DNA of 64,000 nt from Gemmatimonadales bacterium (GCA_035557715.1 DATMDQ010000111.1:7713-71712); one strand, 5' to 3'; counted from the first letter of the stretch, positions 48,997 to 58,749 are shown. Program-made: numbers and translations. The notes: a model not told the origin generated them from the sequence alone.

Positions 48997-50186
48997 CCTG
49001 GCTCGCGATTGCCCTCGGAATCGCGCTGACCGCGTTTGGCGCGACGGCGGGCGCGGCCCTCATTACCGTGAGCCGGGCGGAGCTGACCCGGGCTGTGGGA
49101 CGCCGGCTCCGCGGGGCAGCGCCGTCGCTCAGCGGGCTGGCCCAGATCGATTACTACCTCACCGCGGCCTCGGCCACCACGTCGCTGGGGGTCCTGTTGC
49201 TGGGCGCGTCGGTGCCCGGTTTCCTGGCCGGGTCCGGCGCACCCCGTCTGGTCGTGGCGGTGGCGTTGCTCGCCGTACCCCTGGTTCTGTTCGCCGCCTA
49301 CCTGGTTCCCCGCTGGCTGACACAGCCGCGGGCCGAGACGGTGGCTGACCGGGTCATACCCATTCTCCGTCCCTGGTCGCGAGTGCTCGGCCTCCTATTG
49401 CCGGCCCGGACCGCCACCCGGCCGACCGATCTCCGTTCCATCTGGCGGGAGGGTGCCGCGGTCGGGGTCGCCGATGACCACGAGCTGATGATGGTGGGCG
49501 GTGTCATGGCCTTCAGCGCGCGCCCGGTGCGCGAGGTGATGACTCCTCGCACCGACATCGTGGCCATCGAGGAGAATGCGCCGCTGGATGAGATCCGCCT
49601 GGTCTTCGCCGGCAGCGGCTACAGCCGGATTCCGATCTTCCGGGAGACGCTCGACGACATCATCGGCATGCTGCACGCCTTCGATCTGTTCAAGCTCCAG
49701 CCGGGAGATCCTCTCCCCATCCGCCCGGTGGCCGTGACACCGGCCAGCCGGAGCTGTGGCGATCTGCTGCTCGACATGCAACGCGAGCGGCGGCATCTGT
49801 CCGTGGTGCTGGACGAGTTCGGCGGCACGCTCGGCATCGCAACGCTGGAGGATCTGCTGGAGGAGCTGGTCGGCGAGATCTTCGATGAGCACGACGACGA
49901 GGTTCGCGCCGCGCCCGGCGCCATCGGCGCCGTGTTCGAGACCGACGGCAATGTGTCACACGAGGCGATTCAGGAGAGATTTGGCGTCCTCCTGCCGTCG
50001 GGACGCTCCACCACCATCGGCGGCCTCCTGGTCGAGTGGGCTGGCCGGATCCCCAGTGCAGGTGAGCGGTTCGTCGTGCGCGGCCTGGAATTCGACGTCA
50101 TCCAGGCGTCGCCAACCCGCATCGAGCGCCTGTTGATCCGCTCCAGTCCCAGCCCAGCGGTGCCACTCCTTCCGGGCACATCATGA
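48993..50186 (+). CDS. CNNM/DUF21-CBS-CorC_HlyC family protein, copy 2
   Basis: Same architecture as copy 1 (VLDEFGGTLGIATLEDLLE). ATGA overlaps occur at both ends. Confidence 0.85.
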   Translation: MTWLAIALGIALTAFGATAGAALITVSRAELTRAVGRRLRGAAPSLSGLAQIDYYLTAASATTSLGVLLLGASVPGFLAGSGAPRLVVAVALLAVPLVLFAAYLVPRWLTQPRAETVADRVIPILRPWSRVLGLLLPARTATRPTDLRSIWREGAAVGVADDHELMMVGGVMAFSARPVREVMTPRTDIVAIEENAPLDEIRLVFAGSGYSRIPIFRETLDDIIGMLHAFDLFKLQPGDPLPIRPVAVTPASRSCGDLLLDMQRERRHLSVVLDEFGGTLGIATLEDLLEELVGEIFDEHDDEVRAAPGAIGAVFETDGNVSHEAIQERFGVLLPSGRSTTIGGLLVEWAGRIPSAGERFVVRGLEFDVIQASPTRIERLLIRSSPSPAVPLLPGTS

Positions 50187-50234
50187 AGAAGCTGCTTCAG
50201 CCTTCCGGGCAGGTCATGAAGAAGCTGCTCCAGC
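50169..50234. repeat. 33-bp tandem duplication (30/33 identical) spanning the corC stop / mgtE start
   Basis: Unit 1 is 50169-50201, ccttccgggcacatcatgaagaagctgcttcag. Unit 2 is 50202-50234, ccttccgggcaggtcatgaagaagctgctccag. Confidence 0.9.
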
Positions 50235-51544
50235 GGATGGTCGACCTGGTGCGGAAGGGCGAGATGGCGCTCTTCGTTCGCCGGGCGCACGACATCGAGC
50301 CGGCGGACTTGGCCGAGGTGCTGTCGGCTCTGGACGAGGACGAGCGCCTCGCGGCGGTGCAGGCGCTGCCCGCCGAGATCTCCAGCCATGCGTTGGCAGA
50401 GATGTCGGAGGAGGGGCACGCCTCCGGGACCCTGGCGGCGCTCGATCCGGGGCAGGCCGCGGAGATCGTCGGAGAGCTGGATGACGACGACGCGGCCGAC
50501 ATCCTGGGCGACCTCGATCAGCAGCAGCAGGAGCAGATTCTCTCCGGCGTTCACGACCGGGCCGAGGTAGATCGCCTCCTCCGCTATCACGAGGAGTCCG
50601 CCGGTGGGCGGATGACCACCCACCTGGTGACCGTCCCCGATACCGCTACCGCGGAGCACGCGCTGGAAGAGATCCGGCGGCAGGCGGAGGAGGTGGAGGA
50701 CTTCTACCAGGTGTTCGTGGTGGACAAGGACGGCAGGTTGGTCGGGGTCCTGCCGTTCAAGGATCTGGTGATCAGCCGGCCGGAACGGCCGGTCCGAGCG
50801 TTCATGGCCGATGCCGATATCTCGGTGACGCCGGACCTGGACCAGGAAGAAGTCGCCCGCCTGATGGCGCGCTACAACCTTCCCAGCGTGCCGGTGGTGG
50901 ACGACCATGGACGACTGTTGGGCCGGGTGACCTTCGATGACGTCATCGACGTGGTGGAGGCCGAGACCACCGAAGACCTGCTCAAATTCGGCGGCGTCTC
51001 GGCGGACGAGGATCTGGCCGCCGGCTGGAAAACCGCGGTCCGCAGCCGCCTGCCGTGGCTCTCGCTGAACCTGCTCACTGCGTTTCTCGCGGGCGGCGTG
51101 GTCTACTTTTTCCAAAGCACCATTCAACAGACGCTTGCCCTGGCGGTGTGGATGCCCATCATCGCGGGCATGGGAGGCAACGCCGGAACTCAGGCGCTCG
51201 CTGTCACGGTCCGGCGCCTCGCGCTGGGGCTGATCCCGGTGGATGTGTTCACCCGGGTGGTGGGTAAGGAGATCCTGGTGGGCCTGACCAACGGCCTCGT
51301 CATGGGACTCGCCGTGGGAACCGTGGCCACTCTGATGGGCGAGGGCGCCCGTCTCGGCCTGGTGGTCTTCCTCGCCATGATGGGCAATCTGGCCGTGGCC
51401 GGATTTGCCGGCGCGTTCATTCCGCTCGTCCTGGAGCGATTCGGCATCGACCCCGCGGTGGCCTCCTCGATCTTCGTCACCACTTTCACCGACGTCTGCG
51501 GCTTTCTGCTGCTGCTCGGCTTGGCAGGCTGGATGCTGCTTTAG
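50183..51544 (+). CDS. mgtE: Magnesium transporter MgtE
   Basis: It has the MgtE N-domain, a CBS pair and a C-terminal TM domain (PIIAGMGGNAGTQ). The start is either ATG 50183 or the duplicated in-frame ATG at 50216. Confidence 0.9.
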   Translation: MKKLLQPSGQVMKKLLQRMVDLVRKGEMALFVRRAHDIEPADLAEVLSALDEDERLAAVQALPAEISSHALAEMSEEGHASGTLAALDPGQAAEIVGELDDDDAADILGDLDQQQQEQILSGVHDRAEVDRLLRYHEESAGGRMTTHLVTVPDTATAEHALEEIRRQAEEVEDFYQVFVVDKDGRLVGVLPFKDLVISRPERPVRAFMADADISVTPDLDQEEVARLMARYNLPSVPVVDDHGRLLGRVTFDDVIDVVEAETTEDLLKFGGVSADEDLAAGWKTAVRSRLPWLSLNLLTAFLAGGVVYFFQSTIQQTLALAVWMPIIAGMGGNAGTQALAVTVRRLALGLIPVDVFTRVVGKEILVGLTNGLVMGLAVGTVATLMGEGARLGLVVFLAMMGNLAVAGFAGAFIPLVLERFGIDPAVASSIFVTTFTDVCGFLLLLGLAGWMLL

Positions 51545-53220
51545 TGCTCGTTCCGAAGCTCGTCACCACACTCAAGACCTACAACCGCGAGCAGTTCGTC
51601 GCGGACCTCACCGCCGGCGTCATCGTCGGCATCGTGGCACTCCCGCTCGCCATCGCCTTTGCCATCGCCAGCGGGGTCACCCCGGACCGGGGCCTCTACA
51701 CGGCGGTGATTGCGGGGTTCATCATCTCCGCGCTGGGCGGCTCCCGGGTACAGATCGGCGGGCCAACCGGCGCCTTCGTCGTCATCGTCTATGGCATCGT
51801 GCAGAAGTTCGGGGTGGACGGGCTCCTGGTCGCTACCCTGATGGCCGGTCTGTTCTTGATCGGCCTGGGCCTGGCCCGGGTGGGGGGCGCGATCAAGTTC
51901 ATCCCCTTTCCGGTCGTCACCGGCTTCACCAGCGCCATCGCGGTGATCCTGACCGTCCAGCAGCTGCGAGACGTGTTAGGGCTTCGGTTGCCGTCCGCGC
52001 CGCCGGAGGTGATCGAGCGGTTGCTGGTGTACGGGCAGAACATCGGAACGACCAATCCCTACGCCGTGGCGATCTCCGCCGGCACCCTCCTCATCATGGG
52101 GCTGTGGCCGAGAATCGGCCGCAAGATTCCCGGACCCTTCGTCGCCTTGCTGGTGATGACAGTGGCAGTGCAGCTGCTGGGCCTGCCGGTGGAGACCATC
52201 GGCTCCCGCTTCGGCGAGATCCACGCCGGATTTCCCCGGCTCACACTGCCCTCGACCTCGCTGGCCCAGATCCGTGAGCTGGTCGGCCCCGCCATGGCCA
52301 TCGCCGCGCTCGGCGCCATCGAGTCGCTACTGTCGGCGGTGGTGGCCGATGGTATGATCGGGGGACGGCATCGCTCCAACATGGAGCTGATCGCCCAGGG
52401 AGTCGCCAACGTCGCCTCGCCGCTGTTCGGCGGCATTCCCGCCACCGGCGCCATCGCCCGGACGGCCACCAACGTCAAGAGCGGGGCGCGGACTCCGGTG
52501 GCTGGTATCGTTCACGCGCTCACCCTGCTGGTCATCACGCTCTTCCTGGGGCACTGGGCCGCGCTGATTCCGTTGGCGACGCTCGCCGCCATCGTCCTCT
52601 GGGTGGCGTACCGGATGGCGGAGTGGCGGGTCTTTCGGAGCGAGCTCAGCGCGCCCAAGAGCGATGCCATCGTCATGGTGGTGACCTTCCTGCTCACCCT
52701 GCTGGTGGACCTGACCGTCGGGATCGGGGTGGGGATGGTGCTGGCTTCGTTCCTCTTCATGAAGCGAATGGCCGAGGTGACCAACGTGACGCTGGTCTCC
52801 CGGGAGATCCAGGACACTGGCCCCAGCAGCGATCACTCGGGCGCCATCTATCGGCGGACGATCCCCCGGGGCGTGGAGGTCTACGAGATCAACGGGCCCT
52901 TCTTTTTTGGAGCTGCGGAGAAGTTCAAGGACACGCTGAGCGAGGTCTCCAGGAAGCCCAAGGTGTTGATCATCCGCATGCGTCACGTGCCGGCCATCGA
53001 CTCCACCGCAATGCACGCTCTTCGGGATCTGGTGCGGCGGACACGGCGGGACGGAACGCTGGTGCTCTTTTCAGAGGTGCACGCGCAGCCAAGGGTGGCG
53101 CTGGAGCGGTCGGGGCTGCTGGATGAGATTGGAGCGGAGAACCTGTTCGACGACGTAGATCAGGCGTTAACCGCGGCCGGCGCTCACCTCGGACTACCTT
53201 CGCAGCAACAGAAGGTATAG
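51544..53220 (+). CDS. SulP-family anion transporter with C-terminal STAS domain
   Basis: 558 aa. The GTG start shares 1 nt with the mgtE stop. It has a SulP TM core (GVIVGIVALPLAIAFAIASG) and a STAS domain (VLIIRMRHVPAIDSTA). Confidence 0.9.
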   Translation: MLVPKLVTTLKTYNREQFVADLTAGVIVGIVALPLAIAFAIASGVTPDRGLYTAVIAGFIISALGGSRVQIGGPTGAFVVIVYGIVQKFGVDGLLVATLMAGLFLIGLGLARVGGAIKFIPFPVVTGFTSAIAVILTVQQLRDVLGLRLPSAPPEVIERLLVYGQNIGTTNPYAVAISAGTLLIMGLWPRIGRKIPGPFVALLVMTVAVQLLGLPVETIGSRFGEIHAGFPRLTLPSTSLAQIRELVGPAMAIAALGAIESLLSAVVADGMIGGRHRSNMELIAQGVANVASPLFGGIPATGAIARTATNVKSGARTPVAGIVHALTLLVITLFLGHWAALIPLATLAAIVLWVAYRMAEWRVFRSELSAPKSDAIVMVVTFLLTLLVDLTVGIGVGMVLASFLFMKRMAEVTNVTLVSREIQDTGPSSDHSGAIYRRTIPRGVEVYEINGPFFFGAAEKFKDTLSEVSRKPKVLIIRMRHVPAIDSTAMHALRDLVRRTRRDGTLVLFSEVHAQPRVALERSGLLDEIGAENLFDDVDQALTAAGAHLGLPSQQQKV

Positions 53221-53829
53221 ATGCATTTACAGCACCTCCTCATCCAGTATGGTCTGATCGCGGTGCTGGTCGGCTCGGCCTTCGAGGGCGACTTCACCCT
53301 TCTTCTTGCCGGTGTGGTCGCCCATTTGGGCATCTTCTCCTTTTCCCTCGCGGTGGCGGCCGGAGCGCTCGGAAGCCTGGTGGGCGACTGCGCCTGGTAC
53401 GCCCTGGGGCGGTTTCGCGGGCCACGATTCCGGGAGGGCAGGTTCTATCGCAGGGTGGGACCAACGATCGAGCGGCTTGCGGCGCAGCTGGGTCCCTGGC
53501 AGCTCCTGGCGGCTCGCTTCGTGTATGGAACCAAGAGCGCCAGCATGATCTTCTGGGGCCTGCATGGGCTCCCGTTCCGCCGATTTCTCGTGATCGATAG
53601 CGTGGGTTGCGTGCTGGGCTCGCTGGTGTTCACTACCCTGGGCTATCTCCTGAGTGGCAGCGCCACGGCGCTCCTGGGTCACGTGAAGCGGGTCGAGCTC
53701 TGGCTCCTGGGCGCGGCGATCGTGGGGGTTCTGATCGTCTTCATCATAGACCGGACTGCCAAGCACGAGCTGCATCTGGATCAGGACGGACGGGCGGAAA
53801 GGCGGACGGGCGGTCAGTCAAAGCCGTAG
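53221..53829 (+). CDS. DedA/SNARE-associated family membrane protein
   Basis: 202 aa with DedA-like features (GDCAWYALGR, RFVYGTK). Confidence 0.82.
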   Translation: MHLQHLLIQYGLIAVLVGSAFEGDFTLLLAGVVAHLGIFSFSLAVAAGALGSLVGDCAWYALGRFRGPRFREGRFYRRVGPTIERLAAQLGPWQLLAARFVYGTKSASMIFWGLHGLPFRRFLVIDSVGCVLGSLVFTTLGYLLSGSATALLGHVKRVELWLLGAAIVGVLIVFIIDRTAKHELHLDQDGRAERRTGGQSKP

Positions 53830-53836
53830 GAGGCGC

Positions 53837-54748
53837 CTAGCGGTACCCGGTGGTGTCCGCTGGCTTGCCCTCGTCTTGGACTTCGGCGACGTATCGCCAG
53901 GCGTCGGGCTGGCTGCCGTCGAGATCGGTGAAGCCGTAAATCCTTGCCAGCTGCCCGCTCGAAAGAGACTGCCCGTTCCACCGCTTCACTTCGGGATCTT
54001 GCGCCAGCGCCACCACCGCCCGGCCGACGAACGTCGGGGTCTCGGAGATTGCGAAGTGGGGCACGCGTGCGGTCGCATCGCGCCAGTTCGACTCGCTCAC
54101 ACCGAATTCCTGCAGCATCAACTCGGATCGCAGCCAGCCGGGCGTCAGCAACACGGCGGTCGCGCCGCGAGGGCCGAGCTCATGGGCCAGAGCAAACGCC
54201 ATCCGGCTCACCGCGGCCTTGGCCAGATCGTAGAAGAAGGAGACTCGATAGTGGGTGGCATTGTACGCATCGGTCCCATCGGTCACTTCGACGACGAGGC
54301 CATCCTGCGTCTCGATCAGGAGGGGTATCGCGAAGTGGCTGGTGATGGCGTGCGTGTCCACCCCCAGGCGGAGGGTATGCAGCCCATACTCCAGCGAGGA
54401 CTCCCAGACGGACTTGTTCCACTCCATCCTGGTGGCGCCCCAGATGTCGTTCACCAGGATGTTCAGCTTGCCCTGTTCGCGTCGTATCCGGTCGACCAAC
54501 GCGCTCACCTCGGCGGGCATCAGATGGTCCACCCGGACCGGCATCCCACGCCCGCCGGCAGCATCCACCAGCGCCGCGGTCTCTTCGATCGTCTCCGGGC
54601 GGTTCATCTCCGATTGCTGGGAGCGGGTCGTTCGCCCGGTGACGTAGACGGTGGCTCCCGCCGCGCCGAGCTGCACCGCTATCCCGCGTCCCGCTCCCCG
54701 GGTCGCGCCGGCCACCAATGCGACTTTATCTGCCAGTGGTTTTTTCAC
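53837..54748 (-). CDS. SDR-family oxidoreductase
   Basis: 303 aa with the Rossmann motif VAGATRGAGRGIA and NILVND. Substrate is unknown. Confidence 0.85.
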   Translation of the reverse strand: MKKPLADKVALVAGATRGAGRGIAVQLGAAGATVYVTGRTTRSQQSEMNRPETIEETAALVDAAGGRGMPVRVDHLMPAEVSALVDRIRREQGKLNILVNDIWGATRMEWNKSVWESSLEYGLHTLRLGVDTHAITSHFAIPLLIETQDGLVVEVTDGTDAYNATHYRVSFFYDLAKAAVSRMAFALAHELGPRGATAVLLTPGWLRSELMLQEFGVSESNWRDATARVPHFAISETPTFVGRAVVALAQDPEVKRWNGQSLSSGQLARIYGFTDLDGSQPDAWRYVAEVQDEGKPADTTGYR

Positions 54749-56466
54749 GTCAGCTCAACTTCGGCTCGTTCGTCGACCGCTGCCCCCATCCGCATCAGCG
54801 CCTGCCGCGTCATCGCCCTCGCCAGCTCATGCTCTCCCATGAACACCATGCCCAGGTTTTCCTTTCGGAACAGGGCAGCCTCCTCGTCGTTGTGGGTGCG
54901 CAGCAGGGCCTCGATCCTGGGATTCAGCGTCTTGGCGGTCTCTACCATCTTCCGCACCCCCGCCGTATTGGGAGTCGCAACGATCAGCAGCCTCGCGCGG
55001 ACCACGTGTGCCTGGACCAGGACCGCAGGCTCCGAGGCGTCTCCGGAGACGGCCGGAACACCGCGTCGCCGGAGACCCTCGACCAGCTCGCGGTTCTGCT
55101 CTGCCACCACGAAAGGAATCCCATTCGTGGCCAGCGCCTCGGCTATGCGGCTTCCAACCCGGCCATAGCCTACCAGCAGCACATGCCCGGTCAGCAGATC
55201 CTGGTTGACCGACGACGGCAGCTCGGCCAGCGGATCGTCACTTCGCTCCAGTGCCCGGGCGACCGGGGACCGGGAACGGATCCACCGCTGGGCCGGTTCG
55301 ATAGCCGCGAAGAGGAGGGGATTGAGCGAGATCGAGATCAAGGCTCCGGCCAGGATCAGGCTCTGCCCCTCCTTCGGCAGAAGGCCGAGGGTCACGCCCA
55401 GGCCCGCCAGAATGAAGGAGAACTCGCCGATCTGGGCCAGACTGGCGCCGACCGTGAGCGCAGTGTTGAGCGGGTAGCGGAAGGCCAGCACGAGGGCGAT
55501 AGCGGCCACGGTCTTCCCAATCATGATGATCGCGGCCACGGCCAAGACCCTCAGCGGCTCGGTGACTAAGATGTGGGGATCGAACAGCATTCCCACGGAT
55601 ACGAAGAACAACACCGAAAACGCGTCCCGAAACGGGAGCGACTCTTCCGCCGCCCGGTGACTGAGCGACGACTCCCGCATCATCATGCCCGCGAAGAACG
55701 CGCCCAGGGCAAACGACACGCTAAATAGCTCGGCCGACAAGTAGGCCACGCCGACTGCCGTTGAGATCACAGCCAGGGTGAAGAGCTCCCGGGAGCCGGT
55801 GCGGGCCACGGCCCAGAGCAGCCCAGGCAGGAGGCGGCGGCCGACCACCAGCATGATGGCCACGAACGCGGCAACCTTGCCGAGCGTCAGCACCAGCGCG
55901 CTTCCGAGGGACCCTTCAGCCGTGTCGGCGGCCGTTCCGCCCAGTACTCCGGCCAGGGCAGGGAGCAGCACCAGGATGAGGACCACTACCAGGTCCTCGA
56001 CCACTAGCCAGCCGACCGCGATGCGGCCATTCAACGAGCTTAGAAGGCCGCGACCCTCCAGAGCCCTTAGCAGGACCACCGTACTGGCCACTGAGAGCGC
56101 CAGCCCGAACACCAGCGCGGCTCCGGCCGACCAGCCCCACCAGAGTGCCGTCGCCGCGCCCAGCGCCGTGGCTACACCGATCTGCACGATGGCGCCGGGG
56201 ATCGCGACGCGGCGGACGGCCAGCAGGTCCTGGATCGAGAAGTGCAAGCCGACCCCGAACATCATCAGCATCACGCCAATCTCAGCGAGCTGGCCGGCGA
56301 GCTCCATGTCCGCCACGAAGCCCGGGGTGGCCGGACCGATGATGATGCCGGCAACGAGGTATCCGACCAGCGGTGGCAGGCCGGCCCGGGTGGCGGCAAA
56401 CCCGATGATCAACGCAAGGCCCAGACCCGCGGCGACCGTGGTGATGAGGCTGATCTCGTGAGGCAT
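54745..56466 (-). CDS. CPA2 cation:proton antiporter with C-terminal RCK/TrkA-N domain (YbaL/Kef-like)
   Basis: The start at 56466 gives MPHEISLITTVAAGLG. It has about 12 TM helices and then the NAD-fold motif VLLVGYGRVGSRIA. Confidence 0.88.
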   Translation of the reverse strand: MPHEISLITTVAAGLGLALIIGFAATRAGLPPLVGYLVAGIIIGPATPGFVADMELAGQLAEIGVMLMMFGVGLHFSIQDLLAVRRVAIPGAIVQIGVATALGAATALWWGWSAGAALVFGLALSVASTVVLLRALEGRGLLSSLNGRIAVGWLVVEDLVVVLILVLLPALAGVLGGTAADTAEGSLGSALVLTLGKVAAFVAIMLVVGRRLLPGLLWAVARTGSRELFTLAVISTAVGVAYLSAELFSVSFALGAFFAGMMMRESSLSHRAAEESLPFRDAFSVLFFVSVGMLFDPHILVTEPLRVLAVAAIIMIGKTVAAIALVLAFRYPLNTALTVGASLAQIGEFSFILAGLGVTLGLLPKEGQSLILAGALISISLNPLLFAAIEPAQRWIRSRSPVARALERSDDPLAELPSSVNQDLLTGHVLLVGYGRVGSRIAEALATNGIPFVVAEQNRELVEGLRRRGVPAVSGDASEPAVLVQAHVVRARLLIVATPNTAGVRKMVETAKTLNPRIEALLRTHNDEEAALFRKENLGMVFMGEHELARAMTRQALMRMGAAVDERAEVELT

Positions 56467-56648
56467 GAGACAACTTATCGCGGCACCGCATCGTCTGGCA
56501 GCCTTGCCGCCGTGATCTCCGTCACAGTCCGCCCTGATCACTCGGAGGCAGAATGGGCGCTGACTCTCGCGTTGGGAGAGGCGAAACGCTGCCGCCGAGG
56601 CGGGTCAGTGGTTCCCTCGTGTTCCCGCATTCCACAAGGAGGCAAATC

Positions 56649-57167
56649 ATGGCTGGCGTACAACCGATCGTCCCGTGTTTGTGGTTCGACTCTCAGGCCG
56701 AAGAGGCCGCCCGCTATTACACCAGCATCTTCAAGAACTCCAAGATTGGAACCATCAGCCGTTATGGCGAGGCTGGGCGTGAAGTACACAAGAGGCCGGC
56801 CGGCTCCGTGATGACGGTGGACTTCGAGCTCAACGGGCAGCCGTTCACCGCACTCAACGCCGGGCCGGTCTTCAAGTTCAATGAGGCTGTCTCGTTCCAG
56901 ATCATGTGCCGGACCCAGGAGGAGATCGATCACTACTGGAACAAGCTCGGAGCGGGTGGGGACAAGCAGGCTCAGCAGTGCGGCTGGGTCAAGGACAAGT
57001 ACGGCCTGTCCTGGCAGGTGGTGCCGACCGTGCTGGCCGAGATGATGGCCGATCCGGACCGGGAAAAGGCCGGTCGGGTCATGGATGCAATGTTGCAGAT
57101 GAAGAAGCTCGACATCGCGGAGCTGGAGCGGGCGTTCGAAGGAGAAACCGCCGGCAGCCGGCGGTAG
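56649..57167 (+). CDS. VOC-superfamily protein (PhnB / 3-demethylubiquinone methyltransferase-domain-like)
   Basis: The ATG at 56649 is preceded by AAGGAGG. The segment VPCLWFDSQAEEAARYYTSIF is typical of this family. Confidence 0.8.
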   Translation: MAGVQPIVPCLWFDSQAEEAARYYTSIFKNSKIGTISRYGEAGREVHKRPAGSVMTVDFELNGQPFTALNAGPVFKFNEAVSFQIMCRTQEEIDHYWNKLGAGGDKQAQQCGWVKDKYGLSWQVVPTVLAEMMADPDREKAGRVMDAMLQMKKLDIAELERAFEGETAGSRR

Positions 57168-57176
57168 ACCGCGGCG

Positions 57177-57230
57177 GTAGGGGCCGGTAGGAAAAGAGGC
57201 GATCAGTCCTCTCCTACCGGCCCCTCCTAC
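57177..57230. terminator. Strong GC-rich stem-loop between convergent genes
   Basis: gtaggggccggtaggaaaagagg pairs with cctctcctaccggcccctcctac. It contains an 11-bp perfect core GGCCGGTAGGA/TCCTACCGGCC and an 8-nt loop. Confidence 0.5.
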
Positions 57231-57263
57231 TGCAGCCCACTGGCCAACTGACGCTGATCCATT

Positions 57264-57785
57264 TCACGTCTCTGGAATCAGATATTCGCTCTGGACCAGC
57301 CCACTGGCGTAGTGCCGTGTCGCCACGTGCCTGAGGGCTATATCGCCCTGCAGAGGACCGAACAGAGGGATCCCGCTGCCGATTAGCACGGGGATGCGGG
57401 TAATAATGAGACGCTGGATGAGGCCGGCCTGCAGAAAGCGCTGGATGGTGATCCCTCCATCCACGTAGACATGACGCACTCCCCGGGCGTCTAGCTGCGA
57501 CACGATCTCGGCCGGAGCTCCCGACATATGCTCGACAACAGCCCCGGGCGGGGCGGGGGCGAGGGGGCTGGTGCTCAGCACGAACACGGGCTTCTCCCCA
57601 TACGGCCAGCTATCGAAGGCCAGGACCGTCTCGTAGGTCTTTCGGCCAATGATCAACGCATCTACCGAGGCGATGAATGCTTCGTAGCCGTGCTCTTCGG
57701 CGTCCGTCGGGAGCCAATCAATGTCGCCGTTGGCTCGGGCGATGAAGCCGTCGAGGCTGGTGGCGATAAAGACGGATGCTTTCAC
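57264..57785 (-). CDS. Dihydrofolate reductase-like protein (RibD C-terminal domain family)
   Basis: The GTG at 57785 gives VKASVFIATSLDGFIARANGDIDWL, the typical N-terminus of the family. The upstream ORF extension is Arg/Gly-rich and implausible. Confidence 0.8.
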   Translation of the reverse strand: MKASVFIATSLDGFIARANGDIDWLPTDAEEHGYEAFIASVDALIIGRKTYETVLAFDSWPYGEKPVFVLSTSPLAPAPPGAVVEHMSGAPAEIVSQLDARGVRHVYVDGGITIQRFLQAGLIQRLIITRIPVLIGSGIPLFGPLQGDIALRHVATRHYASGLVQSEYLIPET

Positions 57786-57790
57786 AGAAG

Positions 57791-58459
57791 CTAGGGACGG
57801 CACGCGCCCTTGGGCGCCCAATCGGTGGCCAGCATGGACCGTGGCTTCGTGGCGTCCTGCAGAATGAGCACCAGCGATCGGCGTACTGCCGTCCCGGTGC
57901 CCGTCAGCATCATGGGTAGCCCGCCGCGGACCATCACGCCTGGCCCCTCCGCCCGCTGTACCAGAATGCCCTCCGGGGTTTCCAGGCATTGCTCGCCCTC
58001 CAACGTGTACCAGGCTTCGACCCCCGCATGGCGATGCACCGGAGATCGCATGCCTGGCTGGAACACCCCCTCCATGTAGACGGCTGCGAAACTGTCAGCC
58101 TCGACGAGGGGTAGTGGACCCGCCAGGGCGATCCGTTTGCCCGTCGCCGGTCGCCAGCCAGCCTCCGCGATGGTGAAGAGCCAGATTCGATCCAGGGACC
58201 GCACCACGGTGCTCCGCGGGACCCTGGCCGCCTCGGCCAGAGCCTGAGTGGGGAAGGCGTCGATATGCCAGTAGAGGGCCGAATCCCTGGGCAACGCTCC
58301 CAGCTCCTGGCGGGCTGTGATGAAGCAGCCGAACCCGCGCCCGGCACGTTCGGCGACGGGCTCACACCCTTCGGTCTGAGCGGCGGCCGAGGTCGCCATG
58401 ACAGCCGACATGACGGCGACTCTCGCGAGGGTGCGCAAAAAGAGAGGTATGGTCATCAT
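57791..58459 (-). CDS. Secreted cupin-domain protein
   Basis: It has a signal peptide ending AAAQ and the cupin motif SPVHRHAGVEAWYTLEGE. Confidence 0.7.
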   Translation of the reverse strand: MMTIPLFLRTLARVAVMSAVMATSAAAQTEGCEPVAERAGRGFGCFITARQELGALPRDSALYWHIDAFPTQALAEAARVPRSTVVRSLDRIWLFTIAEAGWRPATGKRIALAGPLPLVEADSFAAVYMEGVFQPGMRSPVHRHAGVEAWYTLEGEQCLETPEGILVQRAEGPGVMVRGGLPMMLTGTGTAVRRSLVLILQDATKPRSMLATDWAPKGACRP

Positions 58460-58749
58460 GCGATCGTGGCGTCCTCGAATCGGAGTATCGTGCCGGGCGG
58501 AAGCGCTGAACCAATTTCTTCGAGCGTTGGTCGTTCCCGGAAGACGAGCCCGAGCGCGCTCTCGCTGCTATCGGGTGCGTGCACCGTCTCGACCGCGGCG
58601 AGAGTGAGAACCCGATTCGACCCCGTTGCAAGCGCTGGCACTCGCGTCTGTTGACCGATGAGCGCGGTGCCTCGGCGAAGGTACCCGATGACCACCGCGC
58701 CCCGGCCTTTCATCGTGAACACATTTCTAACCTCGATATCAGCGCTCAT
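58456..58749 (-). CDS. Stand-alone EF-Tu domain-II-like beta-barrel mini-protein
   Basis: 97 aa. VRNVFTMKGRGAVVIGYLRRGTALIG aligns by eye with EF-Tu domain II ([25 protein letters not shown]), and LGLVFRE..PPGTIL aligns with VGVLLRG..KPGSI. It overlaps both neighbouring genes (ATGA at 58456-58459). Confidence 0.55.
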   Translation of the reverse strand: MSADIEVRNVFTMKGRGAVVIGYLRRGTALIGQQTRVPALATGSNRVLTLAAVETVHAPDSSESALGLVFRERPTLEEIGSALPPGTILRFEDATIA

